Below the pieces are notes generated by a model. That model was not told the origin of the DNA. It did not search any database and saw only the letters and a program-made list of their open reading frames with translations. Of a DNA stretch of 64,000 nt, positions 9,446 to 22,353 are shown piece by piece. The DNA is taken from assembly GCA_052327205.1 (NCBI GenBank), contig CM126225.1, positions 11,904,001-11,968,000 on the forward strand. The letters run 5' to 3'. Position 1 is the stretch's first letter; every line of letters starts with the position of its first letter. The position numbers and the translations under genes are program-made. This DNA comes from Somniosus microcephalus. Lineage: Eukaryota.

Positions 9446-10185
9446 ATGTCCCGTACATTTGTATCAATACTATCAATATGGATTTTGAAAATCTTTATTG
9501 GTTTCTCCAACATGTATGGACTCGCATCACGGGGGCACTAAGGGGGCAGACGGGTAGATTGATTGATGGTGGACTCTAATACCCCTTTCCCCTCTCAGCT
9601 CACATTCCCCCACTTTCCTCGGTGTCTCCTTGTCCTTCTTCCCTCAGTTTCTGATCCCCACCCTTCAGTTTATAATTTCCCCTCTCCACAGTGTCTGGTT
9701 CGCATTCTCCCCTCACACACTATTCGCGGATTCAGAGTCTGATCCCACCTCCCACCAGGGTCTGGTTCCCTCTCTCCCCTCAGTAGCTCATATGTTCTCC
9801 GCTCGCTGTTTGATTTCTGTCTACCCTCAAGATCTGATTCCGCACTTCCCTCACCATCACATTCTGCCTTTTCCCACAGTATTGCTTCCCCTCTGCCCTC
9901 AGACTCTCATTTCCCCTTTAATATCAGGGCACATCTCTCCTCAGGGGCTGATACCCCTCTCCCCTGTACCTGATTCCCCCTCTCTCCACAAGGTCTCATC
10001 TCCCCCTCCACTCAAAGTCTGATTCCCCCTCCACTCAAAGTCTGATTCCTCGACCCCTCACTCGTCGATATCTGGTTCCCTCTCTTTCCTCAGTTTCCAG
10101 GGTCTTGTTCTCATTCTCTCTCAGTCCTGATTCTCTCCTCAATATTAGAGCACCCCTTCTCCAAGGTGTCTGGTTTCAATTCTTC

Positions 10186-10678
10186 CCCAGGGTCTGATCC
10201 CACATCCCCCCAGGGACAGACCCCACCTGCCCCCAGGGTCTGACCCCACCAACCCCAGGGTTTGATCTCACCTCCCCCCAGGGTCTGATCCCACCTCCCC
10301 AGGGTCTAATCCCACCTCCCCAGGGCCTGATCCCACCTCCCCCAGGGTCTGATCCCACCAACCCCAGGGTCTGATCCCACCTCCCCAGGGCCTGATCCCA
10401 CCTCCCCTCAGGGTCTGATCCCACCAACCCCAGGGTCTGATCCCACCTCCCCCAAGGTCTGACCCCACATCCCCCCAGGGTCTGACCCCACATTCCCACA
10501 GGGTCTGACCCCACATCCCTCCAGGGTCTGATCCCACCTCCCCCCAGGGTCTGATCCCACCTGCCCCCAGGGTCTGATCCCACCTTCCCCCAGGGACAGA
10601 CCCCACCTCCCCCAGGGTCTGATCCCACCTCCCCCAGGGTCTGATCCCACCTCCCCCAGGGTCTGTGTCACCTCCCCT
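10186..10678. repeat. C-rich minisatellite, short allele
   Basis: 44 bp shorter than in unit 1. Confidence 0.95.
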
Positions 10679-11374
10679 CAATTTCATATTATCCTTCTCC
10701 CCAGTTTTTCATTTCCTCTCCCCCTCAGTGTCTGAATTCCCCTCTTCACTCAGTTTTATGATTCCTCTTGCCCCTCCGTGTCTCATTCCCCATCCCCTCA
10801 GTATCTGATTCCAGTTCGTCCTCAAATTTGATTCCCCCTCGCCTTAGGGTCTGAATCCCTCTCTCCCTGAGGCTTTGATTCCTTTCTCTCCCTCGGAGTC
10901 TGATACCCGCTCGCCTCAGTATAAGATTACCCCTTTCTTCAGTCTCTCATTTCCTTTCTCCGCTTAGAGCCAGATTCTCCTCTCGCTCAGAATAGTTTCT
11001 TTCGCCACGCACTGCCTGATCCCAGCTCTCCCCTCAGCATCAGATTCTTCTTCTCCCCTCAGTATTGATTTCCCACTCTAGTCAGCCCCTGATTCCGCCT
11101 ATCCCCTGTACCTGATTCTCTCTGTCCCATCAGGGATGAATTACCCCTCTAGGGTTCAGAGAACTTTTGCTGTTACACAGTCTCAGGGAATGATACCAAG
11201 AGTTACAGAAGAGAGTCACGCTAACAATTAATACCGTCAAATCAATACTGATCGACCAGTGACTATTAATTGCACAAGTAATATACAACTTCAAACTATT
11301 TCTCCAGACATGAGTTATCACAACAAACAGACCATGCGCATTTCGAACCGACTCGGGATGCAGGTTAAACTCAC

Positions 11375-11506
11375 CATTTCATTCAGTTTGCTGAGAGTCT
11401 CTGTGTTGAGAGCTTGCTGTAACTGCAGCCTCTCACAGCCCAGACTCAGGGTCCCGGGCAACAAGACCAAAACAATCCAACATCTCCAAACACTCGCCAA
11501 AGCCAT
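11375..11506 (-). pseudogene. Orphan IFN exon 1B (upstream of gene copy 1)
   Basis: Same 44-codon exon with intact ATG and phase-0 GTGAGT donor. Confidence 0.8.
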
Positions 11507-12428
11507 GCTGGACCGAGCCGGGGTAAAGCACCGATCTGAAAATTGGGAAACCGATCGGATCCGAGTTCAGCCCAGAAAACGGTTCTTGTTCACCGAATGA
11601 AACTCTGGAAGTGGAAATGCAGCCGCTTGTGATCCGGGAGCGACCGCCTGTGTTGCCGAGTGATGTGGGTGTGCGGCTCGACACTGTGGGAGCTCTCACT
11701 GCCATGGTGCCGGCTTTAAAGTGGGGCATTACATTCGAAAAGTGAAATCGGGCCGCAGGAGTTTTGGCACAGCCGCTGGAGACCAATGATTTGTGCGGTT
11801 TCTTTCTGGGGTAAGGAATGGAAAAGCTGGAGATTCCTGAACCAGCGAGTGGGAAATCTCCGACAGAAGATCCCAACCAGCGCCCGGTTCCAGCTCCGTG
11901 TTGTGTGGACTCGGATCACCGGGGCACTGAGCTGGTGTAGAGGGAGGCTCTGTATTGGGGGAGTGTGGACATTGCAGAGACCCCGCCTCACAGCCCAGGG
12001 GCACCGCTTCATGCCGACTGACTCCGCTCGGATTCACCTGTCGGAGACTCTGCTTCTTAAGGTTGTCGTTTCCGGGTTATTTTCTGGAGTCATTTTCAGA
12101 CATTGTTTTTAAAGAATATTTAATCCGTTTCGACTCTGAGTCCGAAGGGGATCCCGCTGCCTTTTCTTTCATCGTTTCTTTCTCGACCCTCTCCCGGGAA
12201 AGTGTCCGTGTCAGTTTCTCTGTGGAAATGAACCTTGTGTCAATTTCACCGAAAGCGAAAGTGTCTCAGGGAAAGTGACGAGTTTTGTCATTTCCGAAAG
12301 TGCGGAGTGATTGTAAACAGAACGGGTCAGACTGAGAGGGCTGAGGGGGAGCTGGGAAAAGGTTTGGGATCTCCGGGATAGCCCCGGTTACACAGGGAAT
12401 GTCGCAAAATCACTCTCAGCTGCAACTG

Positions 12429-13164
12429 ATCACCTCTCATTTTTCTAAACTCCAGAGAGTATAGGCCCATTCTACACAATCTCTCATCATAGGACAACCC
12501 TCTCATCCCAGGAATCAATCTAGTGAACCTTCATTGCACCGCCTCCAAGGCAAGTATATCCTTCCTTAGATAAGGAGACCAAAACTGTGCCCAGTACTCC
12601 AGGTGTGGTCTCACCAAGGCCCTGTACAATTGTAGCAAGACTTCCTTACTCTTATACTCTGACCCCCTTACAATAAAGGCCAACATGCCATTTCCCTTCC
12701 TTATTGCTTGCTGTACCTGCATGCGAGCTTTCTGTGTTTCTTCCCCAAGGACACCCAAATCTCTCTGAACACCAACACTTGAAAGTTTCTCACCATTTAA
12801 AAAATATTCTGTTTTTCTATTCTTTATACCAAAGTGAATAACCTCACATTTCCGTACATTATACTCTGTCTGCCACCTTACTTCCCACTCACTTAGTCTA
12901 TCTATATCCCTTTGAAGATTCTTTGTGTTCTCCTCACAGCTTACTGTCCCACCTAGCTTTGTATCATCAGCAAACTTGGATGCATTACACTTGGTCCCTT
13001 CATCTGGGTCATTAATATAGATTGTAAATAGCTGAGGCCCCAACACTGACACTTGCGGCACACCAATATTTACAGCCTGCCAACCTGAAAAAGATTTGTT
13101 TATCCCTACTCTCTGTTTTCTGTCCGTTAACCAATCCTCTATCCATGCTACTATATTACCCCAG
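12429..13164 (-). mobile_element. CR1 LINE RT fragment (unit 2 copy)
   Basis: Same RT motifs, ORF 12531-13193. Confidence 0.92.
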
Positions 13165-16100
13165 CAGTTAGACAACATAAAGAGAAATAGCAAGGAATCT
13201 TATCAGCACATTAATCTACAATATATAATAATCTTACATTCGTGCACAAATCCTTCTGCATAACTTGACTTCCCGATTTCACCTTTTTGTCACACATTTG
13301 TTGTAGCGCTTCCGTGTTGTAGGACTTCATGAGGAGGGCAAATTGGTCAATTTATCCCCATTTTTGCCTCCTTTGCCTCCGCTACCATCCCACTACCAAA
13401 ACTGTGGCAGTTTTAAGAAGCATTTTTTTCCCGAGTTTCGGCTCAAACTCATTTGCAAATCGTCCAAAGCAGAACCTGCCATGAACCAACGCAATCGGGC
13501 AACGTTTGAAAATGTATTTTTTTTAAAACTGCCTTAAAACTATTCATTGATATGTTGAAGAGCGGTAACTGGGCGCAGTTTGATTAATACAGCTGAAAAT
13601 GGGGTTATCACGATAAATAAACATTTTGAATCACAGTGTCAATCCAGCACCTGTGAGGAACATGGTTTTAAATAATTGAAAATTACTTTTATATAATATA
13701 CAGAAACATTCGTTCGTTATATAGGGGTACAGTAGTCAGCTCCTTATTAAATTAAAACAAAATTATATTGAAAAGTTTTTAATATGTGCTGATTAGTGTC
13801 CTTGTGCCAAAAAGAATCAGTTCAATTTTTGGAGCCTCCTTGAAAGTCAGCAAACGAGTGCAATAAGCAGAAAATCCCGATGGTGATTAATTCGACCTGG
13901 GGACCAGGCCAGTTTTGTGGGCGGGGCCAGCTACCACCGCGATGTTTTTTTAAGTGGCGCAAAAAATAGCAGCAACTCGATTTGCGCTGGGCGTAATTTC
14001 CACTTAAAATTCCGTGACTTTTTCTGCAGGTTTCGTCGATTTAAGGTGAATTGCACTGAAAAAACCAGCACAACCGAGCGGCAACTCCAGTTTACTGTTG
14101 CCAATTATAAATTCCTATGTCGATATTTATTATGGGTCTTGTTTACGTGAACTTGACAGTCTGGTTGCAGAAACTAGCCACGTAGTTCAAATGAAAAGAG
14201 GTAGGGATTGTGATGCGAGTAAGTGGGTGGGACAAAGAGGAATGAATAGTGGGAAGATGAAATAGTAGGGAATGCAAAGGGGGCAAATGTGGGGATAAAC
14301 TGACCCATGTGCCCTCCCCGTGAAAGATCATGGGAAGATGGAATCATATTTTAGGCCACAAACCTTCCTTCCTGAGAGTGTACTTGAGTTTGAATAAGTG
14401 GTAAAGATCCTTAATCTGTGACATGCCTCAGTTAGAAAGAGAGACTTGCATTTATATATCGCCTTTCACAACCACCGGACATCCCGAAGTGTTTACAGCC
14501 AATGAAGTACTTTTAAAGTGTAGCCACTGGTGTACTGTAGGAAACTCGGCACACAAATTGCGCAGAGCAAGCTCCCACAAACAGCAATGTGATAATGACC
14601 AGATAATCCGCTTTTGAGTGATGTTGATTGAGGGATAATTATTGGTCAGGACACCGGGGATAACTCCCGTGCGCTTCTTCGAAATAGCACCATGGGATCT
14701 TTTACATCCACCTGAGAAAGCAAATAGGCCCTTGGTTTAACATTTCATCAGAAAGACTGCACCTCTGACAGTGCAGCACTCCTTCATTCAGCCTGGATGT
14801 TGTGCTCGAGTCATTGGAGTGGGACTTGAACCACACAATCTCCTGACTCACAGGCAAGAGTGTTTACCACTGAGACACAGTTACTGAAGAAGGTGAAAAT
14901 GGAAACTCAGGGGAATGTAGAATAAAACTATGGAGATAAATATACAGAAGCAAGGATGAAGGGAGTAACAAGGGAGCAAAGGGGAAGGGAGGATAAAAAA
15001 AGAAAGTGCGACTGAATGTAGGAAGTAGAAAATTCACCAGGTCCAGTTCATATGCAGTGCAAGGAAGTGAGAAATAGGGTAAATGAGAGAAAGAAGAAAC
15101 CATCACATTCCACTCAACTTTGAAAACAAGTATCATGGCAAAGGATTGAAGGGTGGGAAAAATTATAACCCTTTTAGTCTTACCTCAGCTGTGGGTAAAC
15201 ATATGGACTCCATAGTATGGGATGAAATTAGTGAACAGTTGGAAAAATATGGGCTCATTAGGGGCAGTCACCATGAATCTGTAAAGAACACATTGTGCTT
15301 GAATAATTCTACTGAATTTTTCAGGAAGCTCACATACATAGCTAAAGGAATGCAGTCAGTGTTAAGTATACAGCTTTTCAGAAGGTGCAGGATAAAATGC
15401 CATATAAGAGATTTTCAGTCCCACTCTCCACTCATTCCGCTCCCCTAGAATATCGAGCCAATTGGGTTCAAAATGAATTCACAGTTTTGACAGGCGAGGA
15501 AATATCAGACAGTGGAGAATCGAGCGGTGAGGGTGTACCAGTCACAGGCAGCAGATAGAGGAATCCAGAGCATTTACAGTGAGTATGGAAAACTGACAGA
15601 TGTAAATGAGAAATAAATATTACTCCAATAAAAATGTAATATTGCAAACAATTTATTTACACCAACATGTTCTCAATCAGTACAAAAAGTGTAGACAAAC
15701 AATGTCTATTCCCCAAATCTTAGTAAATATCAATAAATTAACAGTGCTTTCTGAACTTATTTACACATTGCATAAAACTGTAACTTTTCATTACATGAAG
15801 ACGTCACAATGATAAATATCAATACATTAGGAATACACGGGACGAGTTGGAGTGTTGGCCGCTGGGAGAGCAGAAATGTAAAGGTCAGTGCAGGTCAGGG
15901 ATCAGGTCATGGGTCATTGTTCCGCAACCCTACCATTGAGAGCCAATCAGTGCCATGAAAGCTAGTGACAGAGCCGAGTATTGGCCGGGCATTCCCAGTG
16001 CAGGGAGTTGTCACTGGAAGTTCAGCAACTGGAATAAGGAGCCTCATAAAGTTAATTAAATGGAAATAAAAGAGTTAATTTGGGAATGGGGTTTGGACCC

Positions 16101-16770
16101 ACAACCTACTGACTTAGAGTATTACCTCTGAGCCAAGCTGACAACAGTGTAAAATTAGCAATACGTTACATTTACTTATAAAATATATATATTTTTAATT
16201 CGGGGTCTTTAAAATAGCTCATCGTTCGCAGTCTGTATTAAACATGTCATTGAGAAATCTTCTGTTCCTTCTCATTTTTGACTTTACACGTTGTGAAAAA
16301 TCTGCAACATTTTATTGTGTCAAGCAATAAACTTGACTCAATCCTGATGAGATGAGGAGGAAATGGTAGCGCCAGCCGGGTGGGGCAGCCCAGAGAGCTG
16401 ACACTGGGAAAGCAGCGAGTGGAATAAGGTGTCCCACTGAGAGAACCTGAGATGAAACTTTTCATTGTCGCAGCTGCCAGTCCCTGAAGGAAGGGACAGA
16501 GGCAGGATTTTCCTCAGACTCGCCCCAGTCAAAGCTCTAACATTTCATCACAGGCAACTGTCACAGCAATAACTATCAATAAATTAAAATAAATGATCAA
16601 ACACGGATCAATATCAAAACATTCCTTGTTCTCCATCAGTCACCTTGCACCCAATCGCGATATTACAATACAATATAATATATTAAAATATAATTTAAAA
16701 AAAAAAATGCGGTCTTTTAAATAAATATTCTTTGATCCCAGTCTGTACGAAATATGCCTTTGGAAAGTCT

Positions 16771-18881
16771 TCAGTTTTTTCTTCTTCTGATTTGTGCCGT
16801 TATGAAAAGGATCTGTTGTAATCGGGCCCTAGTTTCAGCGCGGATTATTTCCCAGGCGCAGTCACTGAATCTCTGAGAAAGAGAAATATTCAGGAAAATC
16901 CATTAGAAAATGAACAGGTTTGAATTGGGTAAACGAAAACGGTCAGTAATCTCAGTAAAATATCAATTTTCCCACCTTCTGTTTGAGAAACTTTCTCAGT
17001 TTCCTAAAGTATTTGTGAATTGAGGCGTTTCTCCTCGGCCTGGACTCTGAGCCTGGTTTCCTGACACATTCTTCCAGCTCCTCGAGCTGCCGATCCAGGA
17101 GAAGACGGAAGTTTTCCACCTTGTCCCGGGGCCATGTGACTGAGCCCAGGTTCATGCTGTCGATCTTGGTGAGGTGACGCAGTGTTTGATGGACAATCTG
17201 GATCCTGTCCTGGGTCTGTGCACAATACACACAAGGACGTTAGAGGGGACCTGTTCCTTTTTAGGTTTCGAGTAGTTATGGAAAAGGACAAGCATCAATC
17301 ACAAGTGAATATAGTCAACTGGTGTATTGGAATCTAAGATTTGCAGGTGAAACAGTAAATTTGCAATGGAAAGCCTTCAAAGAGGAAATCGTTTGGTGCA
17401 GTCTAGACACATCCGCACCAGGGGGAAAGGAAGGGCATGCAAAGCTATCTCTCCCCGGATCACTGAAGATGGAGATTTCAATGAAACAGCAAAAGGAGGC
17501 TTATGATAAACGTTAAGCTTATAATACAGTAGAGAACCAAGCTGAATGCAGAAGGTGCGAACTGAAAAAGGAAATGAGACGCAAAGAGAATGTATGAGAA
17601 TAGATTAGTGGGTGATATTAAAGGGCTCCCAAATGTGTTTTAGAAGCATTAAAAAATTGTGGTTTTCCAAAGGGAATTGGTTAAGTACCTGAAAAAAAAT
17701 GGCATGGCTCCGGGGAAAGGGCGGGGAGTGGGACTGGCTGAAGTGCTCTTGCAGAGAGCCGGCACGGGCTCGACGGGCCGAATGGCCTCCTTATGTGCTG
17801 TAACCATTCTATGATTCTATGAAATAGTAAAAGGATATTCAAAGGATGGGTGGGATCATCTAGGAACCAGAATGGAAGATTAGAGGGGCTTCAATGAATA
17901 GAGGGTGCGAGATGATTAGAGGGAGTTAGATAGTTAAAGGGAGTGAGATAATAGGTGAGATAGAGAGAGAGAGCTAGTTAGAGAGAGTGAGCTAGTTACA
18001 GAGAGTGAGCTAGTTAGAGAGAGTGAGCTAGTTAGAGAGTGAGCTAGTTACAGAGAGTGAGCTAGTTGGAGAGAGTGAGCTAGTTACAGAGAGTGAGCTA
18101 GTTAGAGAGAGTGAGCTAGTTAGAGAGTGAGCTAGTTACAGAGAGTGAGCTAGTTACAGAGAGTGAGCTAGTTGGAGAGAGTGAGCTAGTTACAGAGAGT
18201 GAGCTAGTTAGAGAGAGTGAGCTAGTTAGAGAGTGAGCTAGTTACAGAGAGTGAGCTAGTTAGAGAGAGTGAGCTAGTTAGAGAGTGAGCTAGTTAGAGA
18301 GAGTGAGCTAGTTAGAGAGAGTGACATGGAGTGAGTGAATGGCTCTCCTGGCACTTTCACCTCAATGGGCGGCTAACACTGGATTTAAATTTCCTGATTA
18401 AAATTCTGATCCGCGTGTTTATCTTACTCATGCTTTCTATAAAACTTTTGCTTGAATAAAGTGAAATAAAATAGAGTTCACTCACCTGTAATCCCTCTGA
18501 AAGTTTCACCAGATTCAAGGACTTGGTTTTCAGCGAGAGCCTCTCTCTTACACACTGTCGGGGAAAGGGGCCGCCCTGAGAGGAGAAGGCAATCAGTGTT
18601 ACAATCAGTTCCCTTGAAATACTGGAGAATCGCTGCCTATTAATTGCGTAAAATTACAAACACATCAAACATTTTCTCCTGATATAACTTTCCACAACAA
18701 GCACAGAGTATATGGTTCGGATCCGGCTCTGAATGCAGGTTAAACTCACCATTTCATTCAGTTTGCTCAGAGTCTCTGTGTTGAGAACTTGCTGTAACTG
18801 CAGCTTCTCACAGCCCAGACTCAGGGTCCCGCGCAACAAGACCAACACAATCCAACATCTCCAAACACTCGCCAAAGCCAT
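16771..18881 (-). CDS. IFN: Type I interferon, 4 exons, 187 aa (copy 2; P17R and Y93D)
   Basis: Exons 18881-18750, 18575-18486, 17215-16976, 16872-16771. Splice sites intact; substitutions at 18832 and 17161. Confidence 0.9.
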
Positions 18882-20065
18882 GCTGGACCGAGCCAGGGCA
18901 AAGCACCGATCTGAAGGATCAGAAACCGAGCGGATTCGAGTTCAGCTCAGAAAACGGTTCTTGTTCACTGAATGAAACTCTGGAAGTCGAAATGCAGCCG
19001 CTTGTGATCCCGGAGCGACCAGTTGTGTTGTCGAGTGTGGGTGTGCGGCTGGACACTGTGGGAGCTGTCACTTTAGGAGGAGGGACTGGCGATGTGGGCC
19101 ATTACAATCCAAAAGTGAAATCGGGCTGCAGGAGTGTTGGAAGAGCTGCAGGAGAGCAATAGTTTGTGCGGTTCCTTTCTGAGGTAAGGAATTCAAAAGC
19201 TGGAGATTCCTGAACCAGCGACTGGAAAATCCCCGAGAGAAGGTCCTAACCATAGATTCATTGAAACAGAGAATGGTTACAGCGCAGAAACAGGCCACTC
19301 GGCCCGTCGAGCCCGCGTCAGCTCAATGTCCCGTACATTTGTATCAATATTATCAATATGGATTTTGAAAATCTTTATTGGTTTCTCCAACATGTATGGA
19401 CTCGCATCACGGGGGCACTAAGGGGGCAGACGGGTAGATTGATTGATGGTGGACTCTAATACCCCTTTCCCCTCTCAGCTCACATTCCCCCACTTTCCTC
19501 GGTGTCTCCTTGTCCTTCTTCCCTCAGTTTCTGATCCCCACCCTTCAGTTTATAATTTCCCCTCTCCACAGTGTCTGGTTCGCATTCTCCCCTCACACAC
19601 TATTCGCGGATTCAGAGTCTGATCCCACCTCCCACCAGGGTCTGGTTCCCTCTCTCCCCTCAGTAGCTCATATGTTCTCCGCTCGCTGTTTGATTTCTGT
19701 CTACCCTCAAGATCTGATTCCGCACTTCCCTCACCATCACATTCTGCCTTTTCCCACAGTATTGCTTCCCCTCTGCCCTCAGACTCTCATTTCCCCTTTA
19801 ATATCAGGGCACATCTCTCCTCAGGGGCTGATACCCCTCTCCCCTGTACCTGATTCCCCCTCTCTCCACAAGGTCTCATCTCCCCCTCCACTCAAAGTCT
19901 GATTCCCCCTCCACTCAAAGTCTGATTCCTCGACCCCTCACTCGTCGATATCTGGTTCCCTCTCTTTCCTCAGTTTCCAGGGTCTTGTTCTCATTCTCTC
20001 TCAGTCCTGATTCTCTCCTCAATATTAGAGCACCCCTTCTCCAAGGTGTCTGGTTTCAATTCTTT

Positions 20066-20603
20066 CCCAGGGTCTGATCCCACATCCCCCCAGGGACAGA
20101 CCCCACCTGCCCCCAGGGTCTGACCCCACCAACCCCAGGGTTTGATCTCACCTCCCCCCAGGGTCTGATCCCACCTCCCCAGGGTCTAATCCCACCTCCC
20201 CAGGGCCTGATCCCACCTCCCCCAGGGTCTGATCCCACCAACCCCAGGGTCTGATCCCACCTCCCCAGGGCCTGATCCCACCTCCCCTCAGGGTCTGATC
20301 CCACCAACCCCAGGGTCTGATCCCACCTCCCCCAAGGTCTGACCCCACATCCCCCCAGGGTCTGACCCCACATTCCCACAGGGTCTGACCCCACATCCCT
20401 CCAGGGTCTGATCCCACCTCCCCCCAGGGTCTGATCCCACCTGCCCCCAGGGTCTGATCCCACCTTCCCCCAGGGACAGACCCCACCTGCCCCCAGGGTC
20501 TGATCCCACCAACCCCAGGGACAGACCCCACCTCCCCCAGGGTCTGATCCCACCTCCCCCAGGGTCTGATCCCACCTCCCCCAGGGTCTGTGTCACCTCC
20601 CCT
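20066..20603. repeat. C-rich minisatellite, long allele
   Basis: 45 bp longer than the short allele. Confidence 0.95.
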
Positions 20604-21299
20604 CAATTTCATATTATCCTTCTCCCCAGTTTTTCATTTCCTCTCCCCCTCAGTGTCTGAATTCCCCTCTTCACTCAGTTTTATGATTCCTCTTGCCCCT
20701 CCGTGTCTCATTCCCTATCCCCTCAGTATCTGATTCCAGTTCGTCCTCAAATTTGATTCCCCCTCGCCTTAGTGTCTGAATCCCTCTCTCCCTGAGGCCT
20801 TGATTCCTTTCTCTCCCTCGTAGTCTGATACCCGCTCCCCTCAGTATAAGATTATCCCTCTCTTCAGTCTCTCATTTCCTTTCTCCGCTTAGAACCAGAT
20901 TCTCCTCTCGCTCAGAATAGTTTCTTTCGCCACGCACTGCCTGATCCCAGCTCTCCCCTCAGCATCAGATTCCCCCTCTCCCCTCAGTATTGATTTCCCA
21001 CTCTAGTCAGCCCCTGATTCCGCCTATCCCCTGTACCTGATTCTCTCTGTCCCATCAGGGATGAATTACCCCTCTAGGGTTCAGAGAACTTTTGCTGTTA
21101 CACAGTCTCAGGGAATGATACCAAGAGTTACAGAAGAGAGTCACGCTAACAATTAATACCGTCAAATCAATACTGATCGACCAGTGACTATTAATTGCAC
21201 AAGTAATATACAACTTCAAACTATTTCTCCAGACATGAGTTATCACAACAAACAGACCATGCGCATTTCGAACCGACTCGGGATGCAGGTTAAACTCAC

Positions 21300-21431
21300 C
21301 ATTTCATTCAGTTTGCTGAGAGTCTCTGTGTTGAGAGCTTGCTGTAACTGCAGCCTCTCACAGCCCAGACTCAGGGTCCCGGGCAACAAGACCAAAACAA
21401 TCCAACATCTCCAAACACTCGCCAAAGCCAT
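21300..21431 (-). pseudogene. Orphan IFN exon 1B (upstream of gene copy 2)
   Basis: Repeat-unit copy of 1477-1608. Confidence 0.8.
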
Positions 21432-22353
21432 GCTGGACCGAGCCGGGGTAAAGCACCGATCTGAAAATTGGGAAACCGATCGGATCCGAGTTCAGCCCAG
21501 AAAACGGTTCTTGTTCACCGAATGAAACTCTGGAAGTGGAAATGCAGCCGCTTGTGATCCGGGAGCGACCGCCTGTGTTGCCGAGTGATGTGGGTGTGCG
21601 GCTCGACACTGTGGGAGCTCTCACTGCCATGGTGCCGGCTTTAAGGTGGGGCATTACATTCGAAAAGTGAAATCGGGCCGCAGGAGTTTTGGCACAGCCG
21701 CTGGAGACCAATGATTTGTGCGGTTTCTTTCTGGGGTAAGGAATGGAAAAGCTGGAGATTCCTGAACCAGCGAGTGGGAAATCTCCGACAGAAGATCCCA
21801 ACCAGCGCCCGGTTCCAGCTCCGTGTTGTGTGGACTCGGATCACCGGGGCACTGAGCTGGTGTAGAGGGAGGCTCTGTATTGGGGGAGTGTGGACATTGC
21901 AGAGACCCCGCCTCACAGCCCAGGGGCACCGCTTCATGCCGACTGACTCCGCTCGGATTCACCTGTCGGAGACTCTGCTTCTTAAGGTTGTCGTTTCCGG
22001 GTTATTTTCTGGAGTCATTTTCAGACATTGTTTTTAAAGAATATTTAATCCGTTTCGACTCTGAGTCCGAAGGGGATCCCGCTGCCTTTTCTTTCATCGT
22101 TTCTTTCTCGACCCTCTCCCGGGAAAGTGTCCGTGTCAGTTTCTCTGTGGAAATGAACCTTGTGTCAATTTCACCGAAAGCGAAAGTGTCTCAGGGAAAG
22201 TGACGAGTTTTGTCATTTCCGAAAGTGCGGAGTGATTGTAAACAGAACGGGTCAGACTGAGAGGGCTGAGGGGGAGCTGGGAAAAGGTTTGGGATCTCCG
22301 GGATAGCCCCGGTTACACAGGGAATGTCGCAAAATCACTCTCAGCTGCAACTG

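Noticed and set aside
9630-10022. 130-aa Pro/Ser/Leu-rich ORF
   Set aside because: Low-complexity pyrimidine-rich degenerate repeat; frameshifted in unit 4.
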